Assembly: GCF_018977255.1 (NCBI RefSeq)
Contig: NW_024704760.1
Location: 2,852,001 to 2,916,000, forward strand
DNA length: 64,000 bases
Direction: 5' to 3'
Origin: Callorhinchus milii
Lineage: Eukaryota
Within the stretch, counting starts at the first letter, position 1; each line of letters opens with the position of its first letter. Positions 26,777 to 39,691 of the stretch are shown here, in pieces. A model generated the notes under the pieces. It searched no databases and was not told where the DNA came from. It was given only the letters and a program-made list of their open reading frames with translations. Both the position numbers and the translations under genes were made by a program.

Positions 26777-29269
26777 ATGTTCCACCAGGCAACTCACAAC
26801 TGGACCTGTGCAGTTGTTCTCCTCGGCCTTCTGATTGGGATAGGCTTCCCGGCTCCGATTGCACCCAGAGCCAGCGAGCGATGGGAAACCTTGCTCTCCA
26901 GGTCCATGCACCCTGTGTCTGGTCGGAGGCTTGACCTGGACTGGGACAGGGAGTATTACACTGGCATCAAGCGAGTCAGGAGGCTTTATTGCAACGTGGG
27001 CATCGGGTTTCACCTGCAAATCACGTCCGACGGACAGATTAACGGGATGCACCAGGAGAACCAGTACAGTAGGTAGTTCTCTTGACGGTCAAAATTCTTG
27101 CTTCTCTTGGCTTTGCCGGACAGATGCTTGCTCTGCATGCCGTGAAGGGGAGAGAGAGTGTGTGTGTGTGTGTGTGTGTGTGGGTTGGGGGGGTTGTAAA
27201 TATGCAGGATTCAATGAGACATTTTTGCCCCCTCCTCACCCTATAAGGTTTAGCGAGGCGAGGTGGGCGAAACGCAATGTTCATTGAAACAACCGACGCT
27301 CACTGTGCTGACCCATGTTCATCGTACGCTTTGAGGTGCTGATACCGCCCCCACCCCTTCCCACTTTCCCTCGTGTGAGCTCGTTCCCATCTTGAGCTGT
27401 CCTCAACCTTCCAGCCACCCCCCCCCCACCCCATTCCCACCAGCTCCCCCCCGCCCCGCTCACACACACACACACACACACACACCCTACGCTCAGCGAA
27501 TTGTCACCTTGGGTCATGTTTCCCATGTAAAATTCGGAGAACTATAGAATAATATAGTGGGATACAGTGTATATCCCCCTCCTCTTGGCTCCTACCTCCA
27601 GCTCGGGCGCTACGCCAGAACCTTATAGGAAATAATATCTTGGGATACAGTCATTTGGGACACGGCATGTCAAGCGACTGCTGGGATGGTGGAAAGTGAA
27701 CTGGATGCACCTTGGTCTGTTTTCTCCGAGCAAATTCGTACGTAGAAGCGGAGAGTTTATTTTCCAACCGGCAGGTTTTGCTTTAGATCGGGAGATACAG
27801 GAGGATAGGGACTGGGAGTGTTTGTTTGTTCGGCTGCCAAAATGCGATCGAGTTTCCCGAGCAGCTGATTGAAGTTTCGCACAGCAAAACGAAACCCAGT
27901 CTTGGTTTAATGCAGGCCAGAGTTGAGAGACCATTGAGACGCATCTGTTTCCATATCTTTCCAGACGTGAACGGTGCTGTCTATTGAAAATAATAATAAT
28001 AATAATAATAATGGTAATAATAATTTGGTCACTTCAATCCGCGACTGTTTGTGGGGACGCTGCCGTGCGCAATTGGCGTCCACGAAATATACAGTCAATT
28101 CACATCACGGTGCATTCTGCGAAGCGCTTTGAGACGTCTCAACCACGTGACAATGCGCTGCATCAATTGCAATGATTATCATTACTATTATTGTATTGTA
28201 TTTACAACACGGTCCGGTTCGAACTGTTTTCGCACAGCTCCGTGCTTTAATCGGCCGCTTTTCTTGGCGAAGAAACCGATGAAATTCCATTGAATTCCAA
28301 CGGAAATCAACCGAAACCTTGGACAAGCGGTTGGCTTTCAGCTGGAGGTTATTCTGTCTTGGCTGAGGCACAAGTTTAGATCAGCTGATTATAGCAGGAA
28401 CCAGGAAAAGCAGTTCGTATTGGTTTTAATTAGACCGCCTGGATGCCAGGGCAAAATTAGCCAGCAGACTGACCAGTGTCAGGTTGCAGTGTCAGCAGTG
28501 TTTCATAACATGGGAAACTTGGGGACGGGGGACCAGGGGGAACGGGACTTATTTGCAAAGGACTTTGTTTCGCCCAGAAAATATGCAGTCACTGCACCCT
28601 GCGGTATATGCTGTGAAGCGCTTTCAGGTGTCTCAATGAGGCGCTTGATCAAATGCAAAGCTTATTATTATTATTATTATTATCATTATTAAATGAGTTT
28701 TTGTTTTCCCTCTACAGAGCTGGTGTGTGTGTGTGTGTGTGTGTGTTTGGGCCTGTTTTTACCCACTTGATAGATATCTTATATTAATAATCCTTGCATT
28801 TGATGCAGCGCCTTATCACGTCCTCAAAGGCGTCTCAAAGCGCTTCACGGGACACACTGTAAAGTGGAGTGGCTGTGTATCTTGTAAGTGAAACGCAGAA
28901 TCCAGTTTGCACGCAGCAATGTCCCACAAACAGCCATGGAGTGAGTGACCAATTTCATTTGGGGAATTGTTGGGCAGGACACCGGGAGAGAGAGAAGCTC
29001 CTCTCTCTTTGCGAATAGCGCCGTGGGATCTTCAACGTCCCCCTGAACAGGCAGACGGGGAGTGAGGTTTTAGCGTCTCAACCGAAGGACGGATACTTTG
29101 TTCAAATGCAATTTTTTTTAAGAGCTTTGCAAAAAATCGGGTGGAGGTTTCGATGCTTTTGTTCCTTCGCCAGTCTTTAAGACGGGTTATTTTATTTTAA
29201 ATTATTATTATTTTTAGCTCCAGGCATCCCACCTACAAAAGGAAATCCTAGAGATAGATTGTTGGAATG

Positions 29270-29300
<31 letters not shown>

Positions 29301-30039
29301 GGTGGGACGCATTCTGCTTACCTAATGCCGGAAAGTATTAGGCGCGGGTTCCACAAGAGCCAAGGCTCGGGTGGGGGAGACCCCAGAGTGTGCGTTGGGT
29401 GAAGAAGCGGTGGGGGGTGCCCGGGGGGTGAACAACGACTGAGAATAACACAGACTAGTTAGCGATGAATCTCTCTTGCTGTTTAGGCCTGTTGATGATA
29501 TCTACAGTGGAGCTGGGAGTTGTCAGTCTGTATGGAGTGAAGACCCGGGTCTTCATTGCGATGAATAAAAAAGGACGTTTGTATTCAACGGTGAGTGTTC
29601 CACTTTATAACTGTGTTTAAATGAATTGGTTCTTTGAAAGCTCTGCCACTGGTAAACACTGTCCAGCGAGCTTCCTTCTACATACACCCTCACACCCCAC
29701 CACCAACGCCCCCACCTCCCCCTCCCATCCAACACCCAAAGGGGGACTTACCTCCCCCACACCCACACAGAGAATGTCCCACCCAAGTATGACACGAAAC
29801 AAATAATTATGGAGCGTGTTTATCCAAGCTTTTAAATAAAGAAAAATATATTTCTCCTGCAGACAAACTTCAACCACGAGTGTAAATTCAAGGAGAGATT
29901 CTTGCCCAACAGTTACAACGCGTATGAGTCGAAGGCGTACGTGGGAATGTACATCGCGCTGAGCAAACACGGCAGAGCCAAGAGGGGAAGCAAGGTCTCG
30001 CCCGTCCATAAGGTCGCTCACTTTTTGCCGAGGATGTGA
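26777..30039 (+). CDS. Fibroblast growth factor, FGF4/FGF6-like, secreted, ~190 aa, 3 exons
   Basis: Exons 26777-27068, 29487-29590 (the canonical 104-nt FGF exon 2) and 29863-30039. Signal peptide [12 protein letters not shown], then [39 protein letters not shown]...AMNKKGRLY and [18 protein letters not shown]...[17 protein letters not shown]...HFLPRM*. The family is clear; FGF4 vs FGF6 orthology is not. Confidence 0.93.
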
Positions 30040-30103
30040 CACGAGGAAAACGCAGACACGAGTGGGGCAGACTGGCGTTCTTCTGTGCCGTAAATTTCTA
30101 TGG

Positions 30104-30257
30104 NNNNNNNNNNNNNNNNNNNNNNNNNNNNNNNNNNNNNNNNNNNNNNNNNNNNNNNNNNNNNNNNNNNNNNNNNNNNNNNNNNNNNNNNNNNNNNNNN
30201 NNNNNNNNNNNNNNNNNNNNNNNNNNNNNNNNNNNNNNNNNNNNNNNNNNNNNNNNN
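30104..30257. other. Assembly gap (154 N) in the FGF 3' region
   Basis: Run of N flanked on the right by GA-rich repeat. Confidence 0.99.
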
Positions 30258-31279
30258 AGAGAGAGAACAGAGCGATAGAGAGACAGAGAGGAAGGGGGAG
30301 AGCTAGAGAGAGAGGGAGGGAGTGACAGATACTTCACAAGTTTGGAATTTGGCCAGCGGAGTACTGATTGCAGAAGAATATATATATTATACAGAATATT
30401 TATCGTCTAATAACTTATTAATTTATGTGGGAAATGCAAAGAAAAAAAAACACAACACAAAACCTAACCTAACCTGGTGCGACATGTAAATAGACAGAAC
30501 TTTTTATAGTTATTTTCACAATTACTTCGGTCAATTCAACAATTGCTGCTGTTTTTTTTTAAAATGAAAAAAAACTTTTACCTGTTTTAACCAGATTGCT
30601 ATGAACCGATCGATGGTTTAGGCGCATGGACCTCTTGCAGTTGGCATTTCGTGCCCAGGAAGGCGGTCAGTGGAAACATTTGGAAACTTTTTTTTGAAAC
30701 CTTTGGGAAGTGAATTAGAAGAGAGTTCATCAGAGGGAGATATAAAGGTCCATCTCCGTCTCCGTCTCCGTCTCCGGGGGGGGGGGGGGGGGGGGGGGGG
30801 GGGAAGTCTCAGTATCTCAGTGAGATGAAACCAGAAGAAGGGGGGAGCAGAATCGGTAGGAAATGTGGAAAGAGGTAGGTGGGTCACTGAGAAAGATGGA
30901 GGAAATTGTGAGAGGGAAGAGAGGCGGAGGAGGGGACCGCACAATGCGGGAAAGAATGCGGTCAGGGAGACAGGAGGAGAATGGGGGAAGAGTTGGAAGA
31001 TGCAACAAAGATGTCAGACAGATAGGAATCCAACCCCCTTTTGAGGTTAGCCAGGACGGGAGTTTATTTTAAGTCTCCCTCCCCCACCACTCCCCCATCC
31101 ACTCCATTGAAGGCAGGAGCTGCTATTGCCAAAGGCATAGCATAATAATAATATTAATAATCCTGGCCTATGATTGTAAATTACAACAGTTTGCATCTCT
31201 ACAGCGACCTTCCAGTAGGGCAGAGTCTCAGAGTACCAATTTAAAGCATTTTACAATACTTTCGGACGCAGCGAGACAG

Positions 31280-31490
31280 TAGAACAAGAGGACGTGGGTT
31301 TAGAGTTGCAAAGGGGGCAATTTTATTTAGGGCAGACACCAGGAAGCTTTTCTTTACCCAGAGGAGATAATTAACGACGGGAACAGGTTGCCGGGCGGGG
31401 TGGTTGAGGCCAGGACACTGGGACAATGTTTTTTTTAAAAAAAAAATATGAAACACAGCTTGAAGCTGTGATAGGAGAAGGGATAATCCG
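31280..31490 (+). mobile_element. CR1-clade LINE 3' fragment
   Basis: Degenerate RTRG..DTRKLFFTQR..INDxNRLPGGVVEA ORF2 end. Short related tails (gaaggcgaactggatggaccttggtc) lie at about 27680, 35985 and 36510, and on the minus strand at about 13670, 33930 and 47040. Confidence 0.65.
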
Positions 31491-31619
31491 GAGGGATGAG
31501 ATCACACGTGTCAAAGGGGATCTTTGCCTGAATAGATCTTGTGACTTCATCAAATTCTTTTCTGGCGGTTTCTGGGAGAAATGCGAAATATGCAAACTTG
31601 AAAAAATATGTGATGCTTT

Positions 31620-31652
31620 TCTCCCCCCTCCTCTCCCCCACCCCGCTCCTCC

Positions 31653-31687
<35 letters not shown>

Positions 31688-32098
31688 CTCCTCCTCCCCC
31701 CACACTCTCCCCAGCCCCCTCCCCCCTCCTCTCCCCCACCCCGCTCCTCCTCCCCCCACACTCTCCCCAGCCCCCTCCCCTCCTCTCCCCCACCCCGCTC
31801 CTCCTCCCCCCACACTCTCCCCAGCCCCTCCCCCCTCCTCTCCCCCACCCGCTCCTCCTCCCCCCACACTCTCCCCAGCCCCTCCCCCCTCCTCTCCCCC
31901 ACCCCGCTCCTCCTCCCCCCACACTCTCCCCAGCCCCTCCCCCCTCCTCTCCCCCACCCCGCTCCTCCTCCCCCCACACTCTCCCCAGCCCCCTCCCCCC
32001 TCCTCTCCCCCAACCCGCTCCTCCTCCCCCCACACTCTCCCCAGCCCCCTCCCCTCTCCTCTCCCTTTCCCCCCTACTCCTCCCCCCCCCACCCCCAC
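31620..32098. repeat. C-rich minisatellite, ~55-bp unit, about 8 copies
   Basis: Repeating ccccgctcctcctccccccacactctccccagcccctcccccctcctctccccca. Confidence 0.9.
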
Positions 32099-34412
32099 AT
32101 TAAGTGTGGCCTTTAACCCCACACTCATGTTAATAATACTGAGATACCTCAACAACATCAACAACTTGCATTTAAATACATAGCGCCCTTCACACGGAGT
32201 AGCGTCTCGGAGCGCTTAATGATGGCGGAGTCCGACCTCGCCTTTTGAGCGAACGAAACGTGCGTAGACTGTAGCGTCCAGTGGCGTGAACTCACACTTG
32301 GTGCCAAACTCTGTAGAAGCCTCTGGGAGCCTTTCCTTCCGTTTGTATCGCTGTGTATGTGCCGTGCACAAAACCGGATCACTCGAAACGTGAAACAAAC
32401 GCAAAACGATTATTATTTATTAAAAGTTATTTTAGCAAAAACTCCAAAAAAACAAACGCCTGATGGTTTTATGACTCCCTTTGCGGTCGATCGATTAAGC
32501 GGCGACGGGAACAAATTTATGGGGGCGTTCCCCTTAACCAGACGCTCGCGCTAATTAACACATGGAGCGAGTGAACAAACTACCACAAATTTTAACCCAG
32601 GGGATCATTGAAACATCTCAAACTGCTTGTTACCCCCTTCCCTCCCCGCCCCTCCGTTTCCCCCCCATCCCACAATGAACACCAATGGTGGGGGGGAGAA
32701 ATAAATACAAAAGGCTTCGGAATTAAATCCATGATTTCTCCAGTTCATCACTGACCCCGGGGGGGGAGTGGGGGGGGGGACGCGCGGGGAGGAATCCGAT
32801 TGCGTATTCTGTTCGGACACCGACCACACACATCACTGTGGATATAAGAAGATGACTTAACGACGCAGTCATTCTACACTGGTGGCCAGACCTGCTGACA
32901 GCGATACAGGGGAATAGGCACTGTCTGAATTAAAAATACAAATTTCTGTCTGGACTCCGGTCGAGTCTGTCTGAAATTCCCTTTAATGTTTTGTACCGTT
33001 GCCAAACAGCGTGGTTAGCAGGAAAGTCCTGGTGTCCCTCGTGATCATGAGATCGCGTCATGTTGCAAAGTGGGCTGAGGCCTGACATTTTGTGTTTGTT
33101 TGGTTTTTCTTGCACTCCTTGATTTTGACACAGCGCGTTGTCACAACGTCGAGACGCCTCTAAGCGCTTCACAGGATCGTACTGCCAAACGTAGTGACTG
33201 TGTATTTGTAGGTGAACACAGTGGCCAATTTGCAGTCAATAGCCCCACAAACAGCCATGAAGTGAGTGAGCAATGTTATCTGGGGGGAGTGGTTGACCGG
33301 GACACTAGAAGAGAGAAACTCCCTTCTCTATTCGATTAGTGAGATCTTTAATGTCCACCTGAAGAGGCACAGACGAGACCTCAGTGTAATGTCTCATCCG
33401 AACCTCCATCAGCCCCAAATCAGAGCGTCAGAAACTTGACGATCCAACTTCAACCAAATTGAACTTATGGGACAGTACTGTGCAGAATTGGCACAAAATA
33501 TACAGTCAATTCACTTTACAGTATATTCTGCAAAGCTTTTTGAGATGTCTCAATGACAATAATAAGGCGCCATATCAAATGCAAATGCAAGGATTATTCT
33601 AATGGATGGAAGGATGAAAGGACAATGTTCTTGACCGCTCTGCTACTCAGCCCAGGAATGTCTGGAACTCTCTTTGGCCTGGTGAGATCTTTCTCTATTA
33701 GTAGAATCTTAAACCCTTCTTGAAATGGATTTGGGAGCTCGCCACGTCCTGCTGCCTCCTCTGAGGTATTATTTTTCATGAGCATTTTATTGGTTTGGCT
33801 TCTCATAGATCCAGAAAATCATTCTCTTGAGCAAGAGAATTTCCATTTCCTTAAATTGTAACCGGCAAAGTCAAAAGTCAAGGGTTAGAAGCAGAGCTCC
33901 TTAAGAACATGAGGGCATAAGAATTTGCTCGGCAAAAGAGGAACAAGGTCCATCTAGTTTGCCTTCCACCATCTTGGCAGGCACTTGACATGTCGTGTGA
34001 CAAACTATATCCTCTTTAACCATTCCAGGGTCAACGGGAGAGACAAGAAGGAAGATTTTTTACGCCACATTTTCTCTGCAATTCTTTATTTGCGGATATT
34101 GTAATTGAGCACACAGCGACACAGCTTTGATATATATATATATATATGTATTCCTAGCATGTGGACATTCTATGTCAGTCATGTAACCTGGGGGTATTGC
34201 TATGAACATTCCTATGTCCCTGCATAGCCCACTCTTCACATTGCCGGGTATTCCAGGATTATTACATCACTTCATAGTTGACCCATGCACTCTCCACCGA
34301 GTGCAGCATTGATCTGTCAATCTGTCAATCTGCAAAGCGCAGCCTTAACGGCAGAAATAACTCGCAGGAATTCAGTCGGAATCCAATGCTCAGCCTGAGA
34401 TTGGGAACGGAA

Positions 34413-34445
<33 letters not shown>

Positions 34446-36687
34446 AAGAACTTGCAATGAATCTAAATGGTTTAAGTAATTGTTGTAAAGTGTTGTGAGT
34501 ATTTTTGTAGTTTTATCGGCCACAAAATACACAGTCAATGCACTTTTACGATATATCCTGTGAAGCACTTGAGACTTTTCAACGCCATGATAAGGCGCTA
34601 TAATAATAATAATAATCCTTGCATTTGATTTAGTGCCTTATCATGTCATTGAGACATCTTAAAGCGCTTCACAGTATATATTGTAAAGTGGATTGACTGT
34701 ATTTTGTGGGTGAAACGCTATATCAAATTAATATATATTAATTCAGCAAGTTACTCTGAAGCAATAAATTTAGAATGAAACCAAGCAGCCAACCTGTGCC
34801 AGACACTTCCCACAAACAGCGAAGATTAAACTGTGATCCCAACCACCTGTTCGGGTGAACGTTAAAGATTCCACGGCACTATTGGAAAAGTGGAGGGAGT
34901 TTCCTTCTCCTGGTGTCCTGGCCGACAATCCCCCCAGAAACATTGGCCGTCCGCTTCTCGGTCTGTTTAATGGGATATTGCTGCGCACAAATTGGCCATC
35001 GAGTTTGCCTACAAGTGCGCAGTCACTACACTTGAGAGCAATTTCCGCTTTGAGACCTTTTTGACGCCGTGGACGTTTGCTCCGTCAAACACAAGGGTTA
35101 TTTCTGGTTGTGTTCATGCAGTTTGACCTGTTGTCCAACAGAGGGATCCAAGAGATTGGTTGAGTTGGAGTTTGAACATTTTTTAGCCCCGTCCAACTTG
35201 AGAGGTTCATGAGATGAAACCAACCAACACAAGGTGGGTCTCAGATGAAGAAGGTCCCTTCGGCCCATCCGATCTCATCGCTCCAGAACACCCACCGTAC
35301 TGACCCGCCATCACTGTACCGAGCTGCTTTTTAAACGAGTCTCAGTGTCTCAGTGTCAACCATTTACCCCATCAATCTATTCCAGTCATTGGTTACCCTC
35401 TGCGGAAAGAAAATAACTTCCTGCTGTCAGTCCTGAAATCTACTCCTCCAAACCTGTGCCACCATTATGCAGCTGTATTGAATGTCTGAGGTCCCCCAGG
35501 GGATCAGGCACAGTGAGCAAGCTTGTTTCCTTTGTTATGCATTTGCAAGACACAAAGAACCCTTTCCTGCATCTTAGTAAATTGCTTCATTGTTCATATA
35601 TGGCTGAGATCCAGTGGTACATCCTAATACCAGCATTCTCGGTAGAAGTTGAATATGAACTGTTCGCTAAGAACTTTCACTAAGTTGTCATAGACAGACA
35701 CAAACAGCCAATGAAGTGAGTGACTGGTTTTATTTGGAAGGTTGTTGGTTAGGGCAGCAGGAGAGAGAAACTCCTTTCTCTTTGCGAATAGCGCCACAGG
35801 ATCTCTATGATGCCCACCTGAACTCGGTTTAACATCTCATCCCTGAACAGTTCTGCTCAACATAATGTGACGGATGACACCTCTGGCAATGCAACACAAC
35901 CCCAGTACTGAACTGGGAGTTGCCTTAGACAATGAGCTCGATATCCTGACATATGGCTTAAACCCAAAGCAAAGCGACCACCGGGATGGTAGAAGGCAAA
36001 CTAGACGGACCTTGGTCTTTTCTCGTCCAGCAAATGTGAGAGCGCTCCTGGTTGAGCCAGGCTGACACCGTGATTCTAAGCAGCCCTCAATACAAGTCTC
36101 AGGTTACTTATCGAACATGGAAAACAATGGGAGCCTCGTATGATATTTGAATCAATTCCTCATTCCTGAACCTGTCAGTGTTGTTTCTATCACCGCTCAA
36201 TCAAACCAGCTTGCAACATAAGAAGACCTTTCGACATAACCCTTGCTTATTGCACAATGGTGTCACAAGCTATGAGACATCTTCCCGTTCTGAAAGGCGA
36301 TACATTAATGGAAACTGTATTTTGTAATAATAATAATCCTTGCCTTTGATATAGCACCTTATCACATCTTTGAGACGTCTCAAAGCGCTTCACAGAATAT
36401 ACTATAAAGTGGATTGACTGTAACTTAATTGACTACTAACTGGGCCAGGCTGACATATATATCTCGTGATACAGTATATAGTTTGGGACAAGACGTGTCA
36501 AGCAACTGCCAGGATGGTGGAAGGCGAACTGGATGGACCTTGGTCTTCTCTCGCCCGGCAAATTCTTTTGTTTTTATGGCACAAGGGCTTTCCAAATTTC
36601 CAAACAAAAACTGGTTGCGATATAGGAAGTTCTTTCAAGATGGCCCTTGTTTTTTTCTTACACATCGCCAGAGTGAACACATTGCGA

Positions 36688-36718
<31 letters not shown>

Positions 36719-39633
36719 TCCGGGGGCGCGGAGAGGGGAGGATCAATCTATAAAACACAAGTAGCATCCTGACAATGCAATGCTCGGCAGTTAGGAGTAT
36801 TGCACAGCATCCTCAGTACAGCTCGGTTTGACATCTCATCTCCAACTGGACATGGAACTCAGAGGTGAGAGCGCTACTAACTGCGCCAGGCTGACAAAGA
36901 ATATTGATTATAATAATAATCCTTGCATTTGATATAGTGCCCGATCACGCCTTCGAGACGCCTCAAAGCGCTTCACAGGATACGCTGTCAAGTGTAACTG
37001 GATATTTTGTGGGCGAAACACGGCAGCCAATTGCACACAGCGACGTTCCACAAAACAGCGGCAGATTTTTTTTTTATTTTTATGGGATCAATTTAAAGAC
37101 AATCACGCGGATAACTGTCCAGTTACATCCGGTCTGTTCTGTTTTAAAGCGTTCTCTTCGGGGAATGGTTCATTTCGTTTCTCATTCCATTGGGTTACCA
37201 ACCTCACAGCTCTGAATTGTGTTCGATTTAAAAAAAAAAGTACAGTCAATCCTCTTTACAATACACCCTGTCAAGGGCTTTGAGACGTCTCAATGACATG
37301 ATAAGGCGCTATATCAAAAATGCAAGGAAGGAAGGAACCTTAGATTTTAACAGCGCTTCACATGTAGAAACCTCCCGAAGAGCTTTACAGTAGTTAATGT
37401 CGAGTGTGCGGTGACTGTTCTTCTGCAAGTGCAAAAATTCTATGAAAATATATTTTCGTGGCAGCATATGAGATGATTAATTGCTGATAGCGAGTCACGT
37501 AACCAAAAGGCACATCAAGCAAATGACCTAAGTGAGTGACCTTGACTGAATGCACAAGGTTAACTTAACTACGTCAAACACTCATATGGGCTGTTACTCT
37601 TCCCACGTTATAGCTCCACATTCACCTGTAAACTGAAAATACATTTCTTCAAGACCGTATCGTGTCTGGCTTTCATTTCTGTTCTTTTACAGAATTTTTT
37701 TTTGGTTTTAATTGAGATTTTGACATGAACAATTCTGTGGTTATGATGAAAGGTTTCCTTTGCTGCCATGTTGTTTCCATTGGGTTACAAGCCTTAACCG
37801 CTCTGAATGGTGTTCAATTATTGTTATTATCTAGTATTATTAATTAAAAAACACGCTCATGGGGCTCCGGCTTTCCTCACGTCCCCCGCCTTGCCCACCC
37901 CACCTTCGGTCTCTCCCACCCTCTGGAAATCCATCCCACAGTCCCTTCTACCTCTCCCCCTCCCTTGATCCCAACCACAAGCTCAGGTCCAGATCCCTGA
38001 CTGTCCAGCGCCTTGGTCTGACGTGAAAAGTGCTGTGTAAATGTAACTTCTTGTTGGTGTAGTTTCGCCCACAAAACATATCCTGCAAAACGCTTTGAGG
38101 CTCTCTCCCAACGCGAAAAGTGCTACAATAAAACTCACATAAGTCTAACTAAGTCCTACATCTGCCCAAGTCCCATTCAAGAGTTTATATTCTATCCAAG
38201 TTTGGCATAACTCGGACTTTGCATAAGTCGTATTAAATGTAGTGTCCCAATACTGAAACGACTTGTGTGCATATCAAATGAAAGGATTATTTATCATTGA
38301 ATCAAGAAAAACTTACTCGCTGACTCGAGCTGCCCACACTAATCACGCTCAGTCCCTGTAACGTTTACATCATTTTCCTTCCTATTATTGTCTGATTTCC
38401 TTTTGGACGTTGATTACACACTGAGATTCAACACTTATTTGCGGTGACACATTGCACAGTGCATGTCACAACCATCGGTGTCAGTAAAAAATAATTTCCT
38501 AACTTCCCCTTTTTCCTGCAACCAAATTAAATATCAGTCACAATCTTTGTCAGATTACCATTTGCCGGCTTACATTATTCTTACGATAAAACAGAACAGA
38601 CCTCGATTTTAGTGCTTTTTAACCCTCACGGCAGCTTTATTTCCAGAGAACTTTCTTGTAACCGGGCTGGTCATTTCGATTTAAGACTGCACCAAGTCAT
38701 TAGGGAACCGCCGGGGTAACTGCTGGAGCTTTACCAGCTAAAACCACATCCCTTACCATTGAGAGCGCTGACTGCCACGCTTTCCCGCTGCTTGTTCAGC
38801 TCGCCGTTAGGGCTTTGGCTTCGAGGGTTAACAGGAGCTGAGTGGGAGGGTTCCCCGTCCCCAGTGACTGATCTGCCCGTAAAGCTTCTTATTCCGTGAG
38901 GTTCAGATCGAATTGAGTTTGTGTTGCTCGCTCCACCCCGCAGGCCCTCCGCCTCGCCCCCTCCCTCGCCTCCTTCAAGACCCATCTCAAGACCCTCCTC
39001 TTCAATTTTGAATCTCCATGCTTCCCCCCCACCACCCGCCCCCCCGCCCTCCAACCTCCCCGCCCCCAGACCCCAGCTCGGGTCCGAAACTCTGTCTGTC
39101 CAGCGTCTTGTTGTGGTTGTCTTTTCCTCCTAAATTCAGACTCAGGGAATGACAACCGGACACAGTGCTGTTGGCATTCAGTTCGCCTTTCAGTCAATTT
39201 GTTTGCCTACAAACGCACAGTCACTGCGCTTCACAGTAAAATCCCGTGAAGCCCTTCGAGACATCTCAACGATGTGATGAAGTGCTGCATCAATGAAAGG
39301 TTATTATTATTATAATTTATCGAAATGGGTATTTTTCACATTTTAAGGATTTCATTCTCCCACCACCAACACCGCACCCCCCCCCCCCCCCCCCCTCCCC
39401 CACCTCCCCCGTATTGTCTCATTTGCGCAGTTTGAACCTGGAACCTCAAAATTACAGGTCAAAAATCAAAGGTGTTAATGTCACGTGGTATTTTGCTCCT
39501 AAGGATTAAAATGTGTTTTTACACGGAGGAAAGCATTCACCTGATATTAAAAATCAATTGCAAAGTCTTGGGGATGGATTACAGGTGCTTGATTTCTCCA
39601 GCGATAACACATTTAACGTCAGCGTCTACTTTG

Positions 39634-39640
39634 TATAAAA
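39634..39640 (+). promoter_or_regulatory. TATA box of chitinase 1
   Basis: TATAAAA about 55 nt upstream of the ATG at 39692. Confidence 0.6.
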
Positions 39641-39691
39641 CGCAGTGGAACTCCCTCGTTCAGGCTACAGATACGACTGCACTGCACGGCA

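Noticed and set aside
31371-32164. Long Pro-rich and Gly-rich ORFs of about 190-225 aa in several frames
   Set aside because: Products of the C-rich minisatellite; open in most frames with no splice or codon support.
30258-39600. Expected FGF19/21/23-like partner gene or extra chitinase exons
   Set aside because: No frame-consistent exons or convincing motifs were found; the region is mostly repeats. A tBLASTn search would be decisive.
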